Shown one piece after another: positions 9,072 to 17,137 of a stretch of 51,234 nucleotides of DNA. The translations under genes and the position numbers were made by a program. The notes beneath the pieces were generated by a model, which saw only the letters and a program-made list of their open reading frames with translations, ran no database searches and was not told the DNA's origin. Each line of letters opens with the position of its first letter. The first letter of the stretch is position 1. The stretch is taken from positions 1 to 51,234 of the forward strand of contig JAWLEU010000001.1 of assembly GCA_041685965.1 (NCBI GenBank). Reading direction: 5' to 3'. Source of the stretch: Desulfosalsimonas sp. GTDB lineage: Bacteria; Desulfobacterota; Desulfobacteria; Desulfobacterales; Desulfosalsimonadaceae.

Positions 9072-10337
9072 ATGACGGTAATTTGCGAGGAATGCGGGAA
9101 GGTCTACCACATAGATCCCGATAAGGTGGAACAATACAGGGGCAGAAACGTCCGGGTCAGATGTAGCGAATGCGGCCACGTAACCCAGTTGTCCAGATTG
9201 ATAGACACTTCTGAAACCCCTGCCGAACCGTGGGAGGATCACGGCGGCGGGGCAGAGGAAGAGGACTATGAAGAGCCTTCATATGCAGGGCTTGAAGAAG
9301 AAGAAGAAGCCGAGCCCTTTTACTCTGAGACCGAGGAGGCCGAGCCTTCCGCCCGGGAATCTGAGACCGGGGAATCCGGTTCAGGTCAGCCCGCTTCCCC
9401 GCCCCCGCCTGATAGATCAACAGGCGAGACCAGAAGAGGGTGGATCGGTTTGCGCGGTAAAATGTTTTTTCTGTTCCTTGTTATCCCAATTGCCCTGATG
9501 GCGGCTTCCGGCTATTTCTCTCAGATGCAGTTAGAAGAGCTTTCACGAAAGATTACGGATCAGAGCACCGATATCGTCGCAGAGGAAGGGCAGGAACAGC
9601 TCATGGAAAAGGCAAAGGATGTTGCCCTTCAGTGCGAAATCTACCTTGATGCCAATCCTTATCTGGAACGCGAGGACTTCAGCTATGATCCGGAATTCAG
9701 CCAGATTGCAGTCCAGCAGGTCGGAGAGACCGGATATACCTGCCTTATCCAGGAGCCCGAAGAAGACAGAGGGCAGGATTGGACCATATGGGCCCATCCC
9801 AATCCGAACCTGGTGGGCATAGATGACATAGACACGCTGCGCAAGGCTCTGGGACCGCATTTTGACGAGTTTTTCGCGATCCTGGAAGACTCAGAGGGAC
9901 GCGAGGTTGCAACCGGGCATTACATGTGGAAAGACACTGACGGAAAGCTTCGGGAAAAATACATGGCAATTGCGCCGATTGAAATTGAAGGAAAACCGTT
10001 TTCGATTCTTTCGACAGCCTACATGGACGAGTTCACGGAGAGAACCGAGGGCCTTCGCAGGGACGCAGAGCAGATGACCACTGAGACACGCAACATAAAC
10101 CTGGGAATACTCGGCGGTTCCATTGTGATCATCGGTCTGTGCATTATACTTTACGGCTACCGGCTCAGCAGAAATATTCAGTACCTGACAGAGGCTGCAG
10201 ACCGCATAAGCGTCGGCGATCTTGAAGCGGAAATCGAGGTGAACAACAGAGACGAGATAGGCAGCCTGGCTGAGGCCATCTCAAGGATGCAGGACAGCCT
10301 CAGGTTCTCGATTGAACGCCTGCGCAGGCGCAGGTAG
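9072..10337 (+). CDS. Membrane receptor-like protein: Zn-ribbon (MJ0042-type), acidic linker, TM, Cache-like periplasmic domain, TM, HAMP; no output domain
   Basis: CEEC-x22-CSEC; TM1 MFFLFLVIPIALMAASGYF; dCache-like VGETGYTCLI...IWAHPNPNLVG; TM2 ILGGSIVIIGLCIILYG; HAMP IQYLTEAADRISVGDL...DEIGSLAEAISRM, then stop. Confidence 0.88.
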   Translation: MTVICEECGKVYHIDPDKVEQYRGRNVRVRCSECGHVTQLSRLIDTSETPAEPWEDHGGGAEEEDYEEPSYAGLEEEEEAEPFYSETEEAEPSARESETGESGSGQPASPPPPDRSTGETRRGWIGLRGKMFFLFLVIPIALMAASGYFSQMQLEELSRKITDQSTDIVAEEGQEQLMEKAKDVALQCEIYLDANPYLEREDFSYDPEFSQIAVQQVGETGYTCLIQEPEEDRGQDWTIWAHPNPNLVGIDDIDTLRKALGPHFDEFFAILEDSEGREVATGHYMWKDTDGKLREKYMAIAPIEIEGKPFSILSTAYMDEFTERTEGLRRDAEQMTTETRNINLGILGGSIVIIGLCIILYGYRLSRNIQYLTEAADRISVGDLEAEIEVNNRDEIGSLAEAISRMQDSLRFSIERLRRRR

Positions 10338-10366
10338 GATCAGGTATTGCGGAAACAGACAATAAG

Positions 10367-10407
10367 CAGTCAATGCCTTCGGCAGGAGTCTGCCGGGGCA
10401 TTGACTG
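10367..10407 (+). other. Long intercistronic hairpin (about 18 bp, GAGT loop) without a U-tract
   Basis: cagtcaatgccttcggcag-gagt-ctgccggggcattgactg. Confidence 0.7.
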
Positions 10408-10475
10408 TAAGGTTTCGCCGGCAAATATGCTGCTACGCGTAAAACCGGTCGAAAAAAAGGCCCTGGACCGAAAAG

Positions 10476-11534
10476 ATGATTATTATACCCAGAGAAAAAC
10501 CGGTAGTGCAGGAGTTAAACAGCTACTACCTAAACATTGATAAGCTGATCGAGCATTACCAGGGCGAGCTTGGTGCTGGTGCTGTTTATTTCAGATCCCC
10601 GGTGGCCGAAGCCGTCCTGTTTTTCGATGAACAGAGCCTGATCAACGGTTATCTTGAAGACCGCAGCCGGAGCCTGCACGGAAAACAGGCTGTTGAACGG
10701 ATAATAAAGGTGGCCGAAGGCAGCAATTTTGCTGTATCCGTATTCCGTATTCTGCCGGAAAGGCTTTATTTCTGGGCAAATCTGGCCAACTCCAGGCCGC
10801 TTTACAGGGATCTGACCTCTGAGTTCACTGACCTGCAGGGACTGATACTGAAAATGGAGGGTGAAAAACTTACGGGCTACATAGAAGTCGAGCTTAACAA
10901 CGGCACGGGCGGACTGCTGTTTTTCCACCAGGGACAGGTAATAGGCGGTTCCTCCGCGGAAAACAGCGGCGGGAGCGTGGATCGTTCCAGGGAATACAGG
11001 GATGATCTTATAGAAAGATCAAAGGAACACGGAGGCAGGTTCAATGTCAGCAAGGTTTTTCTTGAGCAGGCTGAAAAATCGGATTCGGACTCGGAACAGG
11101 CAGAGAAAACATCAGAGCCCGGGCCCGCGCAGCAAGCTGCTGTTGAGCAGCAGCGGCCGGAAATTCCCGGTGGGATAAGGATAAGCAGAAAAAGGGTTAT
11201 AGAAATGCTGCAGGACCTGCTCAGGTCTTTTGAATCAGTTGTGCGCAAAAGCCGCAGGATCAGGTCCGACTTTGAGACACTTCTTAACAGGAAGTTTGTG
11301 GAAAAAGCTGACAAATACGATTTTCTCGATCCTTTTCTCGCGGAGTTCAGGTATTCCGGCGGGAAGGTCAGCTATGAGGGACAGGCTGAATGGGGCGAGC
11401 TGGTTGGTGCTGTTGAGGAATGCGTCTATGAAATCGCTCAGGCTAACGGTTTGCTGAGCCAGCTTCGCAGCCGTCTTGATTCCTGGCGGAAAGAGTTTGC
11501 AGATGAGATTGAAGAATTTGAAGTAAAGTTGTAA
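10476..11534 (+). CDS. Protein with two tandem PATAN/DUF4388-like domains and a C-terminal helical domain
   Basis: Repeat 1 IDKLIEHYQGELGAGAVYF...AVLFFDEQSLING; repeat 2 LQGLILKMEGEKLTGYIEV...GLLFFHQGQVIGG. Confidence 0.7.
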   Translation: MIIIPREKPVVQELNSYYLNIDKLIEHYQGELGAGAVYFRSPVAEAVLFFDEQSLINGYLEDRSRSLHGKQAVERIIKVAEGSNFAVSVFRILPERLYFWANLANSRPLYRDLTSEFTDLQGLILKMEGEKLTGYIEVELNNGTGGLLFFHQGQVIGGSSAENSGGSVDRSREYRDDLIERSKEHGGRFNVSKVFLEQAEKSDSDSEQAEKTSEPGPAQQAAVEQQRPEIPGGIRISRKRVIEMLQDLLRSFESVVRKSRRIRSDFETLLNRKFVEKADKYDFLDPFLAEFRYSGGKVSYEGQAEWGELVGAVEECVYEIAQANGLLSQLRSRLDSWRKEFADEIEEFEVKL

Positions 11535-11567
11535 GTCCAGTACCGGGCAGACAGAGGATGATGCCGC

Positions 11568-12707
11568 ATGAAATCAAAAGTGCTGATTGTAGACGATGAC
11601 GCTGCATGGGTAAAGGCCATGCTAAAGGAACTGGAAGAATACTCCGGTTCCTTCTCGGTAACGCCCGCCTACGACGGCAAACAGGCCCTGGAGATCCTGG
11701 CCTCCGGCCAGATAAGCCTGGTGGTGAGCGACCTGCGGATGCCCAACATCGACGGTTTTGAACTTTTAAACAGGGTACTGCGGCAGTATCCCGATATTCC
11801 GGTGATCATCATCACAGCCTATGACCGGCCCAAGACCCGTGAAGTGGTTTTTAACAGCGGCGCGGATGAGTATTTGACAAAACCGTTTACCCCAGAGGAC
11901 CTGGCTGAAAAAATCAACAGGCTGCTGCAGAAAAAAAGCGAGGGAGGCAGCCTGCACAATGTTTCGCTGGAAACCTTCCTGCAGCTTATTGAAATGGAAC
12001 AGCAGACCTGCACTCTGCGGGTTTTAAACAAAAATGCCTCCAATATCGGCGTTTTGTTTTTTCGGGACGGAGAACTCATGAACGCCAGGCTGGACAACCG
12101 GCTGGGCAAGGAGGCGGCATACGAAATACTTTCCTGGTCAGGTGTGTCTGTATCCATTCAAAACGGCTGCCCTTTTACTGAAAAGCAGCTTGACGGCGAG
12201 CTTCAGGCCATTTTACTTGACGCAATGCGCACCAAGGATGAAAGCAGCCAGTATTTCAACCCCGAAGAAGATGAGGGGAAAGAGCCTGAAACAGATGAAA
12301 TCCTTCTTGAAACCCCTGTTGATAACAGGCCGAAAGCCAATCCCGGCGGGAAAACAAAGACTGCTGAGCCGGAAAAAACCGCTGAAACACCACGGAAAGC
12401 AAAACGCCCTGCATCAGGCACACTGGATGCCGGAAAGCAGGCGCATGATGCAGGGAACGTTGAGGGGTTTAAATCAGCTCTTCATAATGAAAAAGGGGTG
12501 GAAGACATTTACGAGGATCCGGCATGGAATTCTCTCATACAACAGGTCTCGTCCATGGGCAGAATTTTTGATGCCGGCAGCCTCAGTGCAATATATTTAA
12601 ACAGGGTAAAAAAGGGGCAGGCTGTAATCGTGCCCGGCGAGCAGGTTTCAGTAATTCTGATGAATCCGGATACACCCAGGGACCGAATTATAGATGCGGT
12701 CATGTAA
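11568..12707 (+). CDS. Response regulator: REC + PATAN/DUF4388 + linker + C-terminal alpha/beta tail
   Basis: VLIVDDD, VVSDLRMPNIDG (phospho-Asp), IIITAY, YLTKPF; GSLHNVSLETFLQLIEMEQQTCTLRV...GVLFFRDGELMNA...GKEAAYEILSW. Confidence 0.92.
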   Translation: MKSKVLIVDDDAAWVKAMLKELEEYSGSFSVTPAYDGKQALEILASGQISLVVSDLRMPNIDGFELLNRVLRQYPDIPVIIITAYDRPKTREVVFNSGADEYLTKPFTPEDLAEKINRLLQKKSEGGSLHNVSLETFLQLIEMEQQTCTLRVLNKNASNIGVLFFRDGELMNARLDNRLGKEAAYEILSWSGVSVSIQNGCPFTEKQLDGELQAILLDAMRTKDESSQYFNPEEDEGKEPETDEILLETPVDNRPKANPGGKTKTAEPEKTAETPRKAKRPASGTLDAGKQAHDAGNVEGFKSALHNEKGVEDIYEDPAWNSLIQQVSSMGRIFDAGSLSAIYLNRVKKGQAVIVPGEQVSVILMNPDTPRDRIIDAVM

Positions 12708-12777
12708 CCCGGAAAGCGCTGGTCCTGCTGCAAACTGCTGAGCCTGGTTCACCGGCGGTACTTATACAGGAAGTGCG

Positions 12778-13143
12778 ATGAAAGATATTTTCAAGGACAT
12801 CCTCTCAATTGAAGGAGTTCACGGCGTGGCCGTCATAGGCTCTGACGGCGGGATGCTGCTGAGCCGTTTTTCCGAGCGCTACAAGGACGAAGAGTACAGG
12901 CTCGGCAGGGTGGACTGGAATACGCTTATACCGGAGCTTGCTGATGTGTCGGAAGCAGAATTCGTGTTTGAGCGGGGGCGTATATATGTGCGAAAGGTCC
13001 AGCCGGGGCTTTTTGTAACAGTATTCGATGACATAGCACCTGTTTCAATGGTACGGTTAAACTGCGAAATACTGCAGTCTTCCCTTGACAAGTTCAAAGC
13101 GGGCAGCAGGATAGGCCAGCTTTTGAAAAAAAGAATTTTTTAA
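12778..13143 (+). CDS. Second, divergent roadblock/LC7-like protein
   Basis: ILSIEGVHGVAVIGSDGGML N-terminus and EFVFERGRIYVRKV...VSMVRLNCE C-terminus fit the roadblock pattern; 121 aa. Confidence 0.7.
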   Translation: MKDIFKDILSIEGVHGVAVIGSDGGMLLSRFSERYKDEEYRLGRVDWNTLIPELADVSEAEFVFERGRIYVRKVQPGLFVTVFDDIAPVSMVRLNCEILQSSLDKFKAGSRIGQLLKKRIF

Positions 13144-13168
13144 TCACGAACCAGGGATTGCCTGAAAA

Positions 13169-15550
13169 ATGGAAAGCATACAGGAAAAATCCGGCTTTGA
13201 TGCCAGAATGAAGTCAGCAGAGGCCTACGAGGCCCACGGCCTTTTTGAGGAGGCGGCAACAGTCTACAAAGAGATCCTGGAAGAAAACCCCGATCTTGCG
13301 GAAGAAACCCGAGCAGAGATCCGGCAAAAGATAGACGAGCTGAGCAAGGAATCAGAAGAGATAGAGCAGTCGTCTGCCGCAGACCTGTCCAGCGAAGATG
13401 TCTCCCACATCAAGTCAGGACTGTCAATAGGCGGCAGTGCCGACGAGATCTCTGACAGCGCAAAGGCATTCAAGGAGCTGGGTCTTTTCAAGGAAGCCCT
13501 GGCAGAATACCAGAAGCTTTTTGGAACAGATCAGCCGCTTGAAAACTTTTATGCAGACGTTCTTGAATGTCTTTTCGGGTTGTTTCCCCCTTCCCAGGTT
13601 GTCGATGAGATTGATAAAATAGCCTCCGAAGCTAATGTTGAAGACAAGACAAAGGCAGCAATGAAGTATGAGCTCGGCCAGGCCCTGGAACAGCGTGATT
13701 ATAAGGAGCTTGCAGTCGATTGCTATAAGTCTGTCCAAAACATCGATCCTGTATATCCAAAGATAAAGGAAAAAATAGAAGCAGTGGAGCCGGGGCGGCG
13801 TTTTGAATCCCGCTACGATTACCTGCTGCGCAACGAGATAGTTACCACTGATCAGCTCCAGAAGGCCCTGGCCTTGTCGAAAAAGACGCGAAAAAGCGTG
13901 GAGCACGTTTTAATGGAGCAGTTCAAGGTCTCCAAGGATCAGATCGGAAAGTCTTTATCCGCGTACTACAACTGCCCCTTCAAGGCCTACAATCCCAACA
14001 TGGAAGTGCCCTATGAGCTGCTTACGAACCTGAAAAAACCATTTTTGCTCCAGGATCTCTGGGTGCCGTTAAACTGGGAGATCGATCACATCGAAATCCT
14101 GCTCGACGATCCCAAGGACCTTCGCAAGCTGGACCATGCAAAGGCGCTTTTCAACACCAACAAGTTTACCTTTTCCGTGGGGACAAAAGAAGATATCGAA
14201 GCAATTATCAATCATTTCTTTGCGGAAAAAAAGGTTGTATCAGAAAAGAAAGACACTAGCTCAACTGCTGCGGCTTTTGATGACCTGCCGGATATAGAAT
14301 TCGAGGAGGAAGAAGAGGAAGAAGAAGATGTAGAGGCTTATACTGAAGCCTCGGGCAAGGTGGTGCGCCTGGTGGACCAGGCAATTATAACAGCTTACAG
14401 AAGAAACGCATCAGACATACACGTGGAGCCTTCTCCCATTACCAAGAAGACAAAGCTTCGCTTCAGGATAGACGGCGTATGCCAGGATTTTCTGGAAATA
14501 CCCAACAACTTTGCCAATGCGGTGCTTTCACGCATAAAGATCATGGCGGGCTTAGATATCGCCGAAAGGCGTATGCCTCAGGACGGCAAGATAAAATTCA
14601 AACGCCGCAGTCTGCCGCAGTTTGAACTCCGTGTCGCAACCCTGCCCACTGCGGGCGGATATGAAGACGCTGTCATGCGTATTCTTGCTTCCGCGGGAGC
14701 GATGAAGCTCGATGAAATGGGCATGACAGAGCGCAACTTAAACATTATGCGAAAGTCCATATCCAAGCCTTACGGACTCATCCTCTGCGTAGGGCCCACT
14801 GGTTCCGGTAAAACCACCACGCTGCATTCCGCTCTTCATCATATCAATACCCCTGAGCGAAAGATATGGACCGCGGAAGATCCGGTGGAAATCACCCAGC
14901 AGGGCCTCCGCCAGGTTGAGGTGCACAACAAGATCGGTCTTGATTTTGCCCGCATCATGCGCTCTTTTCTCCGCGCAGACCCGGACGTTATAATGGTGGG
15001 CGAAATGCGTGACTACGAAACCGCTTCAATAGGCATCGAGGCCTCTCTTACCGGCCATCTTGTTTTTTCCACTCTGCATACCAACTCAGCGCCGGAAACA
15101 GTTACCCGGCTTCTTGACATGGGACTGAACCCGCTGAATTTTTCAGACGCCTTTATATGCGTGCTCGCCCAGAGGCTTTTAAGACGGCTGTGCAAGAGCT
15201 GCCGGCAGCAATATACCCCCTCGAGAGAGGAATTCGAGGAAATCATGGAGATTTACGGTTCGGATGCGTTTGAGCAGACAGACATTACCTATACCACCGA
15301 CTTGAAGCTGTATTCGCCCAAGGGATGTGATGAGTGCAGCGGCACCGGCTACAAGGGGAGGCTGGGAATTCATGAGCTAATGGACGGCAGCAGGGAGATC
15401 AAACGTCTTATCAAAAAGCAGGCCAGCGCGGAAGAGCTGTTTTACCAGGCAAGCAGCGAGGGCATGACCACCCTGGTACAGGACGGGATACTGAAAATGT
15501 TTCAGGGTTTAACCGACCTCGACGAAGTGCGAAGGGTCTGCCTGATCTGA
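13169..15550 (+). CDS. PilB/GspE-family secretion ATPase with N-terminal TPR-like repeats and a degenerate MshEN-like domain
   Basis: ASDIHVEP, RFRIDG, LDIAERRMPQDG, Walker A GPTGSGKTTT, TAEDPVE, LRADPDVIMVGEMRD, TGHLVFSTLHTN, Zn site CKSC...CDEC.GTGYKGR. Confidence 0.95.
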   Translation: MESIQEKSGFDARMKSAEAYEAHGLFEEAATVYKEILEENPDLAEETRAEIRQKIDELSKESEEIEQSSAADLSSEDVSHIKSGLSIGGSADEISDSAKAFKELGLFKEALAEYQKLFGTDQPLENFYADVLECLFGLFPPSQVVDEIDKIASEANVEDKTKAAMKYELGQALEQRDYKELAVDCYKSVQNIDPVYPKIKEKIEAVEPGRRFESRYDYLLRNEIVTTDQLQKALALSKKTRKSVEHVLMEQFKVSKDQIGKSLSAYYNCPFKAYNPNMEVPYELLTNLKKPFLLQDLWVPLNWEIDHIEILLDDPKDLRKLDHAKALFNTNKFTFSVGTKEDIEAIINHFFAEKKVVSEKKDTSSTAAAFDDLPDIEFEEEEEEEEDVEAYTEASGKVVRLVDQAIITAYRRNASDIHVEPSPITKKTKLRFRIDGVCQDFLEIPNNFANAVLSRIKIMAGLDIAERRMPQDGKIKFKRRSLPQFELRVATLPTAGGYEDAVMRILASAGAMKLDEMGMTERNLNIMRKSISKPYGLILCVGPTGSGKTTTLHSALHHINTPERKIWTAEDPVEITQQGLRQVEVHNKIGLDFARIMRSFLRADPDVIMVGEMRDYETASIGIEASLTGHLVFSTLHTNSAPETVTRLLDMGLNPLNFSDAFICVLAQRLLRRLCKSCRQQYTPSREEFEEIMEIYGSDAFEQTDITYTTDLKLYSPKGCDECSGTGYKGRLGIHELMDGSREIKRLIKKQASAEELFYQASSEGMTTLVQDGILKMFQGLTDLDEVRRVCLI

Positions 15551-15578
15551 TAAAAAGACCGCACAGGATATCATTCCG

Positions 15579-16028
15579 TTGTTTGATTCCCTTAAAACGC
15601 GCCTTTTAGGGCGCCTCAGGAGTTTTTTTCCCGGGGCCGGCCGGCAGCAGGAGGAATCTTTTGCCCGAAAGAACTCCGGGCAGCGAAGTTTTGCAAGGTA
15701 TGCCGTGAGCTTTCCGGTTCTGGTGGCCGGAAACGACCCCGCAAATGAGCAGTTTGAGGAAAAAAGCCGCCTGCAGGATGTTTCGGGCAGCGGCGCCATG
15801 TTTATAACCCGTTTTCCTGATCGCTATTTCCCGGGTCAGTTTCTTCAATTGTCCATCCTGCTTGATACTGCAGAAGACGTGCAGGCCCGCATAAGCAACG
15901 AGGCCACGGTGGTGCGGATTCATCCGCAAAGCCAGGAAGCCTCGGATCCCCGCCCGCGCGCAGGCGTGGCAGTGCATTTCCATTGCGCATTTGATTTCGA
16001 ACGAACAGACTCCGGGCACGGCTGGTAG
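15579..16028 (+). CDS. Stand-alone PilZ-domain protein
   Basis: RSFAR (RxxxR) and DVSGSG (DxSxxG) c-di-GMP motifs; ATVVRI...GVAVHF beta-barrel end. Confidence 0.88.
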   Translation: MFDSLKTRLLGRLRSFFPGAGRQQEESFARKNSGQRSFARYAVSFPVLVAGNDPANEQFEEKSRLQDVSGSGAMFITRFPDRYFPGQFLQLSILLDTAEDVQARISNEATVVRIHPQSQEASDPRPRAGVAVHFHCAFDFERTDSGHGW

Positions 16029-17122
16029 TGTGGATGAACAAGCGCCGACGAAGAGATTATACAACGTTTTCCGGCAAGCTGCCGGTGGCCGCGGCCCTCA
16101 TGGGAATTATTCCCTGCCTTCTGGTGGTGTATTTGTTTTTGCAGGAAAAAATCACCCTGGTCCAGGGACTGGTCCTGTTTGTTCCGCTGGTTTTGCTCTC
16201 AATGTTTACGGGCTTTTTGCTGATAAGACGTTCTGCAAAACATCTTTATTACCTGAGCCGTGAGACAGGAAGGCTTCAGGCCGGTGAAAAAGAAGAGCCC
16301 ATAAGTATTAATGCAGACAGGGAATTAAACGAGATCGCAGGGCATTTTAATTCCCTTTACAGAAACCTTGCAGAGGCAAACCGCAAGAACCAGGAGCAGG
16401 CAGCCCAGTTGATGGTTTATGCAAGGGATCTGTCCCTGTCTTATCAGCGCAGCAGGCAGGAGCAGGAGCTGCGGGATCGTCTGAGCAGGTACGTGGGAAA
16501 CAACCTTGTGGAAAAGCTGGTCAACTTAGAGGACGGCGTGTTTCTGGAAACGGAAAGACGCAATGTAACGGTGCTTTTTGCAGATATCCGCTCTTTTACA
16601 ACCATTGCCGAGCGCATGGAAGCCGAGGAAGTCGTTGAGATGCTAAACGAGTATTTCAGCGAGATGGTGGATATCATATTTGAAAACGGCGGCCTTCTTG
16701 ACAAGTTCGTTGGCGACCAGCTAATTGCGGTATTCGGGCTGGTGGATACGGGTAAAAATTCTCCTGAAAATGCAATACGCTCTGCAATTCAAATGCAGCA
16801 GGCTACACAAGGGCTTATGCAGCGCCGCAGGCAGGAGGGCCTGGAATATTTCGAAATAGGCATCGGCATTAACACCGGAAATGCAATTATCGGCAACATA
16901 GGTTCCTCCAACAGGATGGACTACACCGTGATAGGAGACTGCGTAAACGTGGCAGCCAGGCTTGAGGAAATGGCAAGGGGCGGCGAAATAATAATCGGAG
17001 AACAGGCATACCTTGCCAATACCGCGGAATTTGAATTTGATTTTGACTGCAAGGGCGAGGTTTATGTAAAAAACAAGCTTGAGCCGGTGGTGTGCTACAA
17101 TGTTTTATGCCGGCATTCCTAG
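16028..17122 (+). CDS. Class III adenylate cyclase with 2 TM helices and HAMP (start GTG 16028 or ATG 16034)
   Basis: VLFADIRSFT, LDKFVGD (ATP-specifying Lys, metal Asp), IGIGINTG, DYTVIGDCVNVAARLE; HAMP-like ...RELNEIAGHFNSL. Confidence 0.93.
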   Translation: MWMNKRRRRDYTTFSGKLPVAAALMGIIPCLLVVYLFLQEKITLVQGLVLFVPLVLLSMFTGFLLIRRSAKHLYYLSRETGRLQAGEKEEPISINADRELNEIAGHFNSLYRNLAEANRKNQEQAAQLMVYARDLSLSYQRSRQEQELRDRLSRYVGNNLVEKLVNLEDGVFLETERRNVTVLFADIRSFTTIAERMEAEEVVEMLNEYFSEMVDIIFENGGLLDKFVGDQLIAVFGLVDTGKNSPENAIRSAIQMQQATQGLMQRRRQEGLEYFEIGIGINTGNAIIGNIGSSNRMDYTVIGDCVNVAARLEEMARGGEIIIGEQAYLANTAEFEFDFDCKGEVYVKNKLEPVVCYNVLCRHS

Positions 17123-17137
17123 GGAGGCAGTCCCGGC

